From IMG/VR virus record IMGVR_UViG_3300002042_000005, positions 1 to 55,494 of that record: DNA of 55,494 bases; one strand, written 5' to 3'. The DNA is from a virus. Below are positions 27,340 to 36,723 of this stretch, in pieces. The notes beneath the pieces were generated by a model, which was not told the DNA's origin, ran no database searches, and saw nothing but the letters and a program-made list of their open reading frames with translations. How positions within the stretch are numbered: position 1 is the first letter of the stretch; each line of letters opens with the position of its first letter. Both the position numbers and the translations under genes were made by a program.

Positions 27340-27831
27340 TTAAGAGTCGAGAAAGGAGATAACAAGGCGAACGTCTTCACGGCGCTCATGCAAAACGGTG
27401 GTTGGGCTGAGATCGCCCCCTCGTTCCCAAGCCACTAAGCGAACGTCATAGTCACCAACATCGGGCTGTGTCGTTGCAAGGCCTAGGCGTAGCGCTATCG
27501 CGCCGTCTTCAACCTGGCTGGTCTCAATATTGAAAACCCCGCCTGACAGATTGGTCGACTCGTGCAAAACAGAGAATGCAGGCTCTGCAGGCGGTGTGTA
27601 GCCATCAGTTCCGGTATTCGCCGTGACATCACTCAGCCAATCTAAATACTCGGCGTAGCTCCGAATAGCAACCCTGGCCTTATCGACCAATGACCATTTG
27701 AGCGGGCCGACACTCTTGTGAGAATCGTATCGAAGACGATCCGCTCGGATAGTAATCACGTTGTCGTGCCCACGATAAACATTGCGACGAACAATGCGTT
27801 GCGCGGTATCGTTTAGAGAACTAGCCAACAT
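27340..27831 (-). CDS. Hypothetical protein
   Basis: 163-aa ORF in the late-operon cargo block. No family recognised. Confidence 0.5.
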   Translation of the reverse strand: MLASSLNDTAQRIVRRNVYRGHDNVITIRADRLRYDSHKSVGPLKWSLVDKARVAIRSYAEYLDWLSDVTANTGTDGYTPPAEPAFSVLHESTNLSGGVFNIETSQVEDGAIALRLGLATTQPDVGDYDVRLVAWERGGDLSPTTVLHERREDVRLVISFLDS

Positions 27832-27874
27832 AGCGAACTTCCAGAATTGCAGAGTGAAACAGAACTAACGGTGG

Positions 27875-28264
27875 CTACGGATCCCTATACTCGATCTGCG
27901 CCGCGCCAACATTGAACTTAGACGCTGCAGCCAACCCAGTGAGCTTGGTTCGACCAGCCAACGCCATATCGAAGCCCGCCAGGATCTTTGTTGCAGAGCA
28001 GTAGCAAAACCAATCGGTATCACCGCCGCCGGTACCAACATCTAGGTCTGCCTTGGCGTTGAGTATCAGCTTTCGTCCGCTGACATCACCGTTAGCCAGC
28101 GAGGTATCGGCAGACACAAAGGCAATACTTGATAGCTCGTTAGCTGTTGCTGCAGCAAGGTCAGCTGGTTGACCCAAGCCCTTGACGGCCTTCAGCGTAG
28201 CAACCTGCGCCTGAAAGAAATCCGGTCCTTTGTCCAGTACTTCCGGATCTATAAAATCACCCAT
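27875..28264 (-). CDS. Hypothetical protein
   Basis: 129-aa ORF directly downstream of the 1088-aa gene. Confidence 0.5.
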   Translation of the reverse strand: MGDFIDPEVLDKGPDFFQAQVATLKAVKGLGQPADLAAATANELSSIAFVSADTSLANGDVSGRKLILNAKADLDVGTGGGDTDWFCYCSATKILAGFDMALAGRTKLTGLAAASKFNVGAAQIEYRDP

Positions 28265-28274
28265 GAAATTGCTC

Positions 28275-31200
28275 CTAGTAAATCTGTATCGCCAGACGTT
28301 CGCCGGCGCTAATTAGCTTCTCGTCTGCCGCCACCGCCGGCGTTGGCGGTGTCATCGTGACAACCACGGCCATTCCGCCAATGGGTATGACTGGTCGCTC
28401 TTCTGGTACCGGCGCGGTCATCGCCGTGACAACCGCCATGCCGCCAATAGCAACCTCAGGCCTAGCGGACGGATCCGCCATCGTTGTGACAGCCGCTATC
28501 ACCATCGAACCAGGATCAGCCATCGGCAATACGGACGGATCCGCAATCTGCGTTTCTACCTCAATCGCCAGCGTGCCCAATTCCGCGTCAATCACCTGCA
28601 TGTTGATCTGCAGCGTTGTGGGTAGTGTACGGCCGTCTGGCAACGTGATTTCTAGATCTACCTCGGTGAGCCCATCTGGCAATGCGCCAGTCAGCATGTC
28701 ACCAGCCAGCGTCAGGCCTGCAGGTAATCCGCCAGGCGTTGCAATACTCCAGCCGGCGCCCGAACTACCTTGCTCCGACTCCGGCACTCCCAGCACTGGG
28801 TAGAGCGTACTCAGATCTATGTTCACTGCGTTGCCGGCAAACAACTGTACGGGTATAGCCGCTTCAATCTCGCGCGGGTAAAACCATTCTCTGACTGCGG
28901 CGCCGTAGCCTGTGCCATCGTTGAAGGCAATCATCACGCTTTGCGGCATCGCCCCGCCGTCAATTTCGACGTGGCCATTTTCAAGCACCGTGATCGGGTT
29001 GCCCTCTATCGTGTGCGTTGGCACCGTGACCTGGCCGTTAGCGCCCCAATTTGCGGTTCCCATTGGCGTAGAGACAACAGCGCCGAACTTGGTCACCTTG
29101 AACCCGGTAGGTGCGCCGTAGTTTGCGTTTCGCTCGAGCCCGTTGGGTGTCGACACCACAACCGGCCCTTTGTACAGCTCCGTCATGTCGGGCGTAAACG
29201 TGACTGTACTGGCGTTGGTCTGCGAAGCGGGAACTTCGGTAAATATCCCGAACACATCCGCGACTCGAACCGTTGGTGGCGCGTAGTCGCCAGAAAACTG
29301 CAGGGTGTTTACCCCTGGAATGATAGACGCTATACCCACGTTGCCGTTGAGCATGCTAATGCGGAGCGGTTCAAAACCACTGGATCCGATCGCGCTAACG
29401 CAACCAACGCCCATGTCATTGCTCTGCGCAATCATGCCATCAGCGAAGTACATGGCGTTTCTGTGTACAGATGACGGTATCACCGCGATCACCGCACCGT
29501 TGACGCGAATGCGGATCAGCCCGGTAACCTTGTTGTACTCTAAAGCAACCTTGGTGCCTGTCGCGAGCGGTACCGACGCAAGCGCGTAGGTCACGTTTCG
29601 ATCGACGCCGTTAACGCGCTCTTTGAACTCGATGCGTCGCGGGTTGCCATCGGTATCTGCAGCCAGTGTCAGAAACAACGCGTTATTGACGTCGCCATTA
29701 AAAAACAGTGCCGGCAACGTATTGTCGTTCGGCCGCGGGTTCGAAATAATCACCGCCGCCAACACCGTGTCAGCCGTCAGCTGATCACGCGTGTTCATCA
29801 CAATGGATTCTTGGCCAAGGTTCACTTGTTTAACGCAAGTGCCCATACCTTCCCAGGCCTGACCCGACATTTCCTGGTAGGGCGATTCCCAAACAAAGGC
29901 GCCCACGGGCTTAATCAACGACACCGCTTGCTCTGTGCCGATGTTGTCGACAATAGTTAACGCAAACGTCTCTTGCGCAGTGTTGGTGCCATCGCTGACA
30001 GAACGCACAATCGAATACACGCCAGAATCCTGCGTGCCATCCAATTGGATCGCGCCCGTTGCTGGGTTGATGGCGTAGCCCTCTGGCAACGCGGCGCCGT
30101 CCAGGGTGGCACTCCAGGTACCCATCTGGTTGCCGGCGTCGGTGTACGCCCCGGCCGCTATCTCATGCGGGCCACCACGCACGGCCATTTCTGCGCCTTG
30201 CGTCGACGTGATTACCGGTGTGGTTGAATCAATAAGCACAGACGGCGCGCCGAACAGAGCATCCGCCGCCGCTGGGTCCAGCCTGGGGTCATAGGCCGCA
30301 TCGGTTGTCAGAATGATGCCGTCGATGATCGTGCCATCTTCGCGCATACCAACTTTGAGCTCGTTGTCACCCTCAATGGCACTCAAGGGCCCAACCATAT
30401 CCCACAGCCAGGCGCTTTGCGGCGGGCCATAGTTTGCGTTTAGGTACGGCTCTTCGAAGCCCATCCACGCGCTGTTTTCTGAGTTATCAGACGCCCACAT
30501 TTTCACCCAGGCATATACCGTTTGCGCAGTTGCGGAATAGATCCGGTAAACCATGAGGGGATGCAAAGACAAACCTATGTCTGTGCCCTGGCTTTGAAGC
30601 GTGCCGTTGATCGGCAGAGCACGCATGTAGCTCCCGCCGATGGACCCGGCTACTGCGGATTCCTCCACCCACGCGTGCGATCCAACACTACCCGTCGTGA
30701 TTCCAGTGTGCGCGTTACTGTCGATTACCCACTTTGTGTCATCGGCCGCGGTAACGTCGTACGCAAACAGCTCCGCAAATACGGGAATCGTGGCGCTTAA
30801 CGTCTGCCAAGAGCCGTTGTAGTACACGTCATAGAACTGGATATCAGGACCAGTGCCGGTGTTGATCGCCACTCCATTGACGTACTCAACCGTCCCGCCG
30901 TTGGTGTCGTGCTGTTCGATTTGCTCAACAAGCTGGCCGTTAACGCTGACGCCCGGTAACTGACCGCCGAGTAGCTCAGAAGGCTGGCCATGCAACACGC
31001 CGCCAGGTCGAACCGTCAAGTCCCCGGTACCGGCGGCAATCGATGATCCACCCGTTATCTCTAGTGAGATAGACACGCCTGTTTCTATCCGAAGCCCGGC
31101 TTTATCGAGGGGGAACGGCACAGTAACAATGCCGGGGTTGACCTGCGTAATGGTTGCGGCAAGCAACTGCCCGTTGATGTTCAAACTAACGTCGGGTGTT

Positions 31201-31541
31201 GCTGCGAGATTCACGTCCGTTGTGACAGTGATTAGTTTGCCAGCGTAGATATCGCCATCGACGGTCAGTGCGCCTGTGCCGCCCCCTGCACCCGCCACCG
31301 TGGCCGAAATAATGAGGTATTGGCTTGTGGCTTCGTCGAACTGATACAGCGTCACCGTGGCCGCGTTCGGCCCGGTATTCGTTAGGACACCATCCGTCCC
31401 CAGACTAATCGTACCTGACGCGGTGGTACTGAGAATGACATAGCTACCCGCCACCAATTGCGGCACAGCACCGCCCGCGAGCGTGCCCGCGAGTGTTACG
31501 TCGGTACCGCCCGAAGGCGGGGTGCTGGTGTAATTAACCAT
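28275..31541 (-). CDS. Large multidomain beta-rich protein with putative Ig-like (He_PIG-type), ConA/LamG-like and CBM-like segments
   Basis: 1088 aa with no signal peptide. Segments include GVYSIVRSVSDGTNTAQETFALTIVD, LPAGLTLAGDMLTGALPDG, an ALFLTLAADTDG...VALEYNKVTGLIRIRVNG region and SAWMGFEE...REDGTIIDGIILTTD. The C-terminus has three repeats of IGGMAVVTAMT type. Confidence 0.6.
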   Translation of the reverse strand: MVNYTSTPPSGGTDVTLAGTLAGGAVPQLVAGSYVILSTTASGTISLGTDGVLTNTGPNAATVTLYQFDEATSQYLIISATVAGAGGGTGALTVDGDIYAGKLITVTTDVNLAATPDVSLNINGQLLAATITQVNPGIVTVPFPLDKAGLRIETGVSISLEITGGSSIAAGTGDLTVRPGGVLHGQPSELLGGQLPGVSVNGQLVEQIEQHDTNGGTVEYVNGVAINTGTGPDIQFYDVYYNGSWQTLSATIPVFAELFAYDVTAADDTKWVIDSNAHTGITTGSVGSHAWVEESAVAGSIGGSYMRALPINGTLQSQGTDIGLSLHPLMVYRIYSATAQTVYAWVKMWASDNSENSAWMGFEEPYLNANYGPPQSAWLWDMVGPLSAIEGDNELKVGMREDGTIIDGIILTTDAAYDPRLDPAAADALFGAPSVLIDSTTPVITSTQGAEMAVRGGPHEIAAGAYTDAGNQMGTWSATLDGAALPEGYAINPATGAIQLDGTQDSGVYSIVRSVSDGTNTAQETFALTIVDNIGTEQAVSLIKPVGAFVWESPYQEMSGQAWEGMGTCVKQVNLGQESIVMNTRDQLTADTVLAAVIISNPRPNDNTLPALFFNGDVNNALFLTLAADTDGNPRRIEFKERVNGVDRNVTYALASVPLATGTKVALEYNKVTGLIRIRVNGAVIAVIPSSVHRNAMYFADGMIAQSNDMGVGCVSAIGSSGFEPLRISMLNGNVGIASIIPGVNTLQFSGDYAPPTVRVADVFGIFTEVPASQTNASTVTFTPDMTELYKGPVVVSTPNGLERNANYGAPTGFKVTKFGAVVSTPMGTANWGANGQVTVPTHTIEGNPITVLENGHVEIDGGAMPQSVMIAFNDGTGYGAAVREWFYPREIEAAIPVQLFAGNAVNIDLSTLYPVLGVPESEQGSSGAGWSIATPGGLPAGLTLAGDMLTGALPDGLTEVDLEITLPDGRTLPTTLQINMQVIDAELGTLAIEVETQIADPSVLPMADPGSMVIAAVTTMADPSARPEVAIGGMAVVTAMTAPVPEERPVIPIGGMAVVVTMTPPTPAVAADEKLISAGERLAIQIY

Positions 31542-33204
31542 TTATGATGCGCTGAGGGAACGGGCCGAACATGTCAGCGTATTGCCCGCCCTGCCCCCAA
31601 TCCCTGTACGTTTCGATGATTGAAGGCATATCCCACGTACCGTTTGTTACCGAGCTAAAGCCGATATTCGTGCAGAAGCTGGACACTGGAACAATGGTGT
31701 TGAAGTACCACACCATGTCGCGAACGTTCCAAGGCCGACGATCACCCGCAGCCAATCCGTAAGGATTAGGAATGATCGCGGGGTCCGGCTGCCCTCTTTG
31801 ATTAACACCCTTCTCCGCGTTCTTGGAATCAATCGACACATCAACCGGCAAGCCTGCGTTTAGGTGGCGCTCCATTCGTGCGCTGAAGTTTCGCGCGTTG
31901 GGCTCGACCAAACACGATTGGTCGGCAGGGTTACTGTCGCCACACGTACCTTCAAACGTTTCGATATCAGGCCAGCATTGACCGGCGCCAACGTCTTCCC
32001 ACTCTTGAATCGACACACCGTTATCGAAGGGCGAGGTTTTACCAATGTTCACCCGGCGACCGTTGGCATCGCGGGGCGCGGCGTTAACCATCGCTTGCAA
32101 AGCGTTCAACTGGCCGCGCATGTGTTGCTGCACGCTGAAACCTGGAGGCAGAACGCTGCCAGTGAACGACTCCGACGCAATGATTTGACAGATACCTGGT
32201 TCATTACCGAACCGCTTAACAAACGCCGTCATAAACGCGGTGTTCAACGCCTCAGACTCCGCCAAATCCATGCGATACACCCACGCGCCACCGGATGTTG
32301 CTCCATCGAAACGGAAACCAAAATCGTACGTGTTCGGATCACCACTAGAGTTTCGTGCTATGCGCGGCAGACAGTCGGTTGTTGCAGTAAACGACCACGC
32401 TACCTCGACGCGTATCTTAAGCCGCCCTTGAGTTACCAACGGATCGTTAAGCATGTCGCTGAATCCGTCTAACTGAGGGTGGTTCCAACGGTAGTTGCTG
32501 TGCGTATGGTCAGCCATTTCCGCGACACTCATTGGAATTCGAGAGTCAACAAGACAATCTTTCCATTTGATCAACAACGCTTGGATTGGATACACGTAGT
32601 CATCAAACGCATTAGGCGCACCTTGAATTACCGGCTCCACGTCTTGGTGGTAGCGCTGTTGCATCGCGCCCGGCTCGGGGTAGTTCTTAAGGTTGCCGTT
32701 GATTAAGTGACGGATGCCCAACCCTTGGTAGTGTCGAATACCAGGGAAGTTGCCAACGTGTTCTGTAGGCACGGTAAAACTCGCGTTTTGCGGGTTGCCT
32801 GCACCGGTCGGCTTAATCTTTGTGGGTGTGTGATCGATCTTCCCTGAGAAGTTGCCGCCACCTTCGTCAACCACGTCTTTGATGGGGAAATCTTCCGAGC
32901 GACCACCTGGGGATTCTTCCAGGTTGACGCCTGGTTGCGCGCTCGGATCTTCGTCGGCGGTGAACGGTACATCGGTTGCGCCGAACGGGATAGGCTGGCC
33001 ATTGTTGATGCTGGTGATAGGCACGTTGCCGCCCTCCATTTTGTGAATCATGTCAGCGAACACTTCGAACGCATCACCCAAGCGTTTTGCTCTAAGTCTG
33101 CCTTCGTCGTCGTCGTCTGCTAGCGAGTTGTGTACGTCACTACGGTAGTAAACAACTTTCTCCGTCAGCTCGCGGTGCGCTTCGATGTAGTGGTTTTCAA
33201 TCAT
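31534..33204 (-). CDS. Large hypothetical protein (possible enzyme)
   Basis: 556-aa ORF with no signal peptide. It overlaps both neighbours by 4-8 nt. No family recognised. Confidence 0.55.
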   Translation of the reverse strand: MIENHYIEAHRELTEKVVYYRSDVHNSLADDDDEGRLRAKRLGDAFEVFADMIHKMEGGNVPITSINNGQPIPFGATDVPFTADEDPSAQPGVNLEESPGGRSEDFPIKDVVDEGGGNFSGKIDHTPTKIKPTGAGNPQNASFTVPTEHVGNFPGIRHYQGLGIRHLINGNLKNYPEPGAMQQRYHQDVEPVIQGAPNAFDDYVYPIQALLIKWKDCLVDSRIPMSVAEMADHTHSNYRWNHPQLDGFSDMLNDPLVTQGRLKIRVEVAWSFTATTDCLPRIARNSSGDPNTYDFGFRFDGATSGGAWVYRMDLAESEALNTAFMTAFVKRFGNEPGICQIIASESFTGSVLPPGFSVQQHMRGQLNALQAMVNAAPRDANGRRVNIGKTSPFDNGVSIQEWEDVGAGQCWPDIETFEGTCGDSNPADQSCLVEPNARNFSARMERHLNAGLPVDVSIDSKNAEKGVNQRGQPDPAIIPNPYGLAAGDRRPWNVRDMVWYFNTIVPVSSFCTNIGFSSVTNGTWDMPSIIETYRDWGQGGQYADMFGPFPQRIING

Positions 33205-35654
33205 TGAGCGATCCCTATTAAGGTTTCGAATCCAGTGTGTGCGGTATGGCGGTCGATCGTGTTAAGTGGTCGAAGGCCTGCGTTGTGCGAGTACTCCTGG
33301 TTAGGAGACTCATCGGGGTACATGTCGCCTTTGGTACCCAACTCATAGCCAAAGTAGTCGTCTGGTACCACGGTTTTGATGGCCGCGTCGGTAGCGGGCG
33401 CGTCTTTCACGCGTGCAAGTTCCGCCACTTCGATAATCGCCTGGCGCATGCCAATGCCAAAGCAGGCCTCACCAATGCGCAAGGTATCTGTTTGCGGGTA
33501 ACCGCTATCGGCTTCGGTGTGATAAACGTTTCGACCTGGCTTGAACAGGTAGCCGTCCAGCTGGCTGTGCAGGTGGCCGGACTGTCCGAGTATCGGTGTC
33601 CATGGCCAGTCAACCTCATTGGTGCCAATCGTTTGCGGCGTCTTGTTGACGTTCATCCGCGGGAAGCCATCGGCTGGAGTGGTTACACCTGGCACCGTGC
33701 CATCGTTGATTTTAAAGTGGCTTGGATCCGCACCGTCCATTCGAACGGCCAGGTCATCGTAATCCGGCGGCAGTGCGCGGCGTGACTCTTCCATGATTCC
33801 GTAGAACACGGTCCAGATAAACGACATGTCTTGCACGCCGGCAGGGCGTTGCTTCGCGGTACCAAAACCAGAGAGGATCTGACCGCCGGCCAAATCGTCA
33901 TCGAACATAACGGAAAAGTCCGGTGTCGCGTGTCCGTTGTACGGGCCATATAGCGCGCCTGGTGCTCTTGTCTTCCAGTCCGCCACCATGTCACGCAACC
34001 GTTTTGGCAACGCGTTCGCGGCAACCAGTATCAGATTGAAGTTTGGGTAGGGGTTAGGATCTTCGGGCATCCATTTCCAGATGGGTGTGAGCTGCGGATC
34101 ATCGCTTGAGCTCAAGGTCGTGAGCATCTTCAGCCAGTTGGCCGGGTACATACCCGCCACCGCGTTCTGCTTCACCAGATCTTCTTCCCTGGACACTTCA
34201 TCGCGTAGCGCAACGATCAACGGGCCAGTGAAGTTGTTCGCCGCGGCCCAGGCGTCAACCGCGTCAGTGTGCGCAACCAGTGCCGCCGGCGGCGTAGCTG
34301 GTGGGTTGTCCCAATCGCTTGCGTCAACGCCCGTCCAGAATCGCGAGGTGTAGTACGGCGCCATCATGTGTGCTTCGAGCGGCGCGTTAATGCCGCGGCC
34401 TAAGTACTCCGGGCCTGAATACAAACCACCCAACACACGCGGCTCATGATCAGCGCTAGGTACTGGGTTGTTGTTCTCATCAAACCCGGTTGGCGTCATG
34501 CCAAACATTTTCTTCTTGCGCCAGAACCGATCTTTCCAGGCTTTGCGGATCGCCGGCGAGGTTGGCAACGCGTCGAACGCATCGCCCGCCACCGAATCAA
34601 TAATCATGTTGTCGTGCGAGAACGCGATACGCGCGTGACTGTACTGGTCCGGCATATCAAGCGCCGGCACGGTGTGCGCCACCGGCACGGTTGTGATTCC
34701 GCCGTCAACGTCGCGGACCGATACCAGGCCTTCGTAAACGCCAGGCGTTAAACCTTTCGCGGCAAAGATCGATAGACGTAGCTGAAAATTCTCGTTTGGC
34801 TGAACGGTGTCCGCGGCGTTTTCGGCGGAGTCGCGCCAGAACGCGGGCCAATGCGTGCCCAGCCCAGGCCTAGAATCAGCCAAGCCGTCAGGACCGTCCG
34901 GCGACTGCATGTCTTCGCGCTTTTCCCCGTCTTCATCTCGGTTCCCATGGAAGTGACTGTGCGCGCAGAGCTGCGGCAAGTAATCCGCCAACCAGATCCG
35001 AATCGGCCGGCCGGCTTCGTTGTCGTAATCCGACACGCCACCGTTGCTGATGGTCTCGGCGCCACCGTTGCGCGTAAGCGTTATGTTTTCAGGTTCATGA
35101 ATCGTGAACGCTTCCGCCACGCCAGTGGCTGACTCAAGGATGATCCGAGCTGAATGACTCCAATCGCCTCGAGGGTGAATTGTCTTGATGGTGGTGCCAT
35201 CCCACACCGGTGAGGTTTCGGCGCCGTCGACGTACGTTTGTTCGCGCTTAATGCCTTTGAACGCAGACATGCCGCACGCTTTGAGTCGGGTTGAGGTGGC
35301 CGATACAGGCAGGGTGGAGTGCTTGCCGTCCGGGCGCTGGGTTGTGTCGTGAGCAGGCAAGTCAGCCTCCTGTGATGAAGTTTCGCACGCTAGAATTTGC
35401 CGGGCGACGGTTGCAAACAAATCAGAGGCGGCTTGGAAACTGGTAACACCAGGCAGCCTGTCGACAACCGCCTGCAGGTGCGCCGCGGCCGCGTGCTGCT
35501 TGCCTTGTTTGAGGACTTCCACCCAGCCTTCAGCAAAACGTCCTTGCTCGGTTTTGTGGGCCTCGAGCTGGGGTGATTCAACTTCAGCATCAAGCAAGTA
35601 CAGCGCTGACTCGCGGCAATTGCGTGCTACTTCAGTGAGATACGCGTTAGGCAT
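33201..35654 (-). CDS. Large hypothetical protein, possibly glycan-active (beta-sandwich plus barrel-like layout)
   Basis: 817-aa ORF with no signal peptide. The segment FQLRLSIFAAKGLTPGVYEGLVSVRDVDGGITTVPVAHTVPALDMP resembles N-terminal sandwich domains of DUF4091/GH123-like proteins. This is from memory and low certainty. Confidence 0.5.
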   Translation of the reverse strand: MPNAYLTEVARNCRESALYLLDAEVESPQLEAHKTEQGRFAEGWVEVLKQGKQHAAAAHLQAVVDRLPGVTSFQAASDLFATVARQILACETSSQEADLPAHDTTQRPDGKHSTLPVSATSTRLKACGMSAFKGIKREQTYVDGAETSPVWDGTTIKTIHPRGDWSHSARIILESATGVAEAFTIHEPENITLTRNGGAETISNGGVSDYDNEAGRPIRIWLADYLPQLCAHSHFHGNRDEDGEKREDMQSPDGPDGLADSRPGLGTHWPAFWRDSAENAADTVQPNENFQLRLSIFAAKGLTPGVYEGLVSVRDVDGGITTVPVAHTVPALDMPDQYSHARIAFSHDNMIIDSVAGDAFDALPTSPAIRKAWKDRFWRKKKMFGMTPTGFDENNNPVPSADHEPRVLGGLYSGPEYLGRGINAPLEAHMMAPYYTSRFWTGVDASDWDNPPATPPAALVAHTDAVDAWAAANNFTGPLIVALRDEVSREEDLVKQNAVAGMYPANWLKMLTTLSSSDDPQLTPIWKWMPEDPNPYPNFNLILVAANALPKRLRDMVADWKTRAPGALYGPYNGHATPDFSVMFDDDLAGGQILSGFGTAKQRPAGVQDMSFIWTVFYGIMEESRRALPPDYDDLAVRMDGADPSHFKINDGTVPGVTTPADGFPRMNVNKTPQTIGTNEVDWPWTPILGQSGHLHSQLDGYLFKPGRNVYHTEADSGYPQTDTLRIGEACFGIGMRQAIIEVAELARVKDAPATDAAIKTVVPDDYFGYELGTKGDMYPDESPNQEYSHNAGLRPLNTIDRHTAHTGFETLIGIAQ

Positions 35655-35660
35655 CGCCGC

Positions 35661-36089
35661 TTAACTCTCAAACCCAATCGACTGACGGAAGCGCCGGTAC
35701 GCGTGCGGATCCCAGGTGTCTAGGGTGTCGTTGGTTGCTTTCACGAACTCGTGAAAATCACTGGGCTGGCAGGGTCGATCTTCAGCGCGGCAGACATCCA
35801 GAATGGCTTCGATTTGCTCGCCGGCCAGGCCATGGGATTCCATCGTGCCAACGGCCGTGGCTGCCGCTTTCACAATGCCGGCAATCTTTGGCGGTAACAC
35901 GCCGTCCACACCTTCGCGCACGCTTTGCACCGCCTCTAAAAATCCGGCGCTGTCGCCGTTGTTGTGCGCTTCCCACGCAGACATACCGCTCAATACGGTA
36001 TCCATCGCCACGCCAGCAATCGGCACATACGCTTTAACAAACGGGGTTAAGACTCTCGCCGCCCCAGAGATCGCAGTTAGGATGCTCAT
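35661..36089 (-). CDS. Hypothetical protein with weakly hydrophobic helices (weak holin candidate)
   Basis: 142 aa with segments ILTAISGAARVLTPFVKAYVPIAGVAM and IAGIVKAAATAVGTM. ATGA overlap with the upstream lipoprotein gene. Confidence 0.4.
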   Translation of the reverse strand: MSILTAISGAARVLTPFVKAYVPIAGVAMDTVLSGMSAWEAHNNGDSAGFLEAVQSVREGVDGVLPPKIAGIVKAAATAVGTMESHGLAGEQIEAILDVCRAEDRPCQPSDFHEFVKATNDTLDTWDPHAYRRFRQSIGFES

Positions 36090-36715
36090 TGTTGGTCTCC
36101 AACGTAGGTGGCGCGCCAGTGGTACATTTCGTGCCGCAGTTCTTTTGCGCTCACGGTGTTGAAGTGCTCAAGCGCTCGCCGGGTTTCTCGTGCCATGCCA
36201 TGCGCGCCTGCAGAATCCGGGAACGTTTCATCCAGGCCAACCGGCTGCACGCCAATCTTTGTGCCACATCGGTTGACGAACTCTTTGGGTAACAGGTGCC
36301 AATTCTCTCGGACCTTCGCAATGTCCACCGGCGCAAGCGTTCCGATATCGGCATTGTCCAGCAGTTCGTTTGCGTCTTCGCGCTCAGCCACAAAGGAATC
36401 CATCAGATCCGTTTCAAGCTGAGGCTTCTGCAGCCCGCGGCCGTTGGCAGTGATCGCTTCCAGGAAGGTGCCCATCGATCGGAGATACTGCTGGAGCTTG
36501 TCCGCTTCTTCGGTGCGCAGCTGTCCGTTCAAGGTTAGTGCACACCAACTGTAGGTCAGTGAGTCATGGGCGCGTACCGCCTCAAGAAACACTTGCATGG
36601 GCCTGGATTGATCTTGGGCAACCGGCTTGTAGCCCAGCCTGCCACAGCTCGAGGTCAGCAGCAGTCCGGAAACGAGCACCAAAATATGCACGGTTTTATG
36701 CGTTAGAAATTTCAT
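36086..36715 (-). CDS. Putative lipoprotein
   Basis: Start set at MKFLTHKTVHILVLVSGLLLTSSC (ATG 36715), which has a signal peptide and a lipobox-like LTSSC. It begins 8 nt after the endolysin stop. Confidence 0.55.
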   Translation of the reverse strand: MKFLTHKTVHILVLVSGLLLTSSCGRLGYKPVAQDQSRPMQVFLEAVRAHDSLTYSWCALTLNGQLRTEEADKLQQYLRSMGTFLEAITANGRGLQKPQLETDLMDSFVAEREDANELLDNADIGTLAPVDIAKVRENWHLLPKEFVNRCGTKIGVQPVGLDETFPDSAGAHGMARETRRALEHFNTVSAKELRHEMYHWRATYVGDQQ

Positions 36716-36723
36716 CGGTTTTC

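Noticed and set aside
28770-29474. Long antisense ORFs inside large genes (for example 28770-29474 +, 31864-32472 +, 16791-17312 +, 11815-12309 -, 47674-48171 -, 46947-47417 -).
   Set aside because: They lie fully within stronger opposite-strand or alternative-frame genes with recognisable products. Their translations are Arg/Ser/Pro/Cys-rich and of low plausibility. This is the shadow-ORF pattern expected in DNA this GC-rich (judged by eye).
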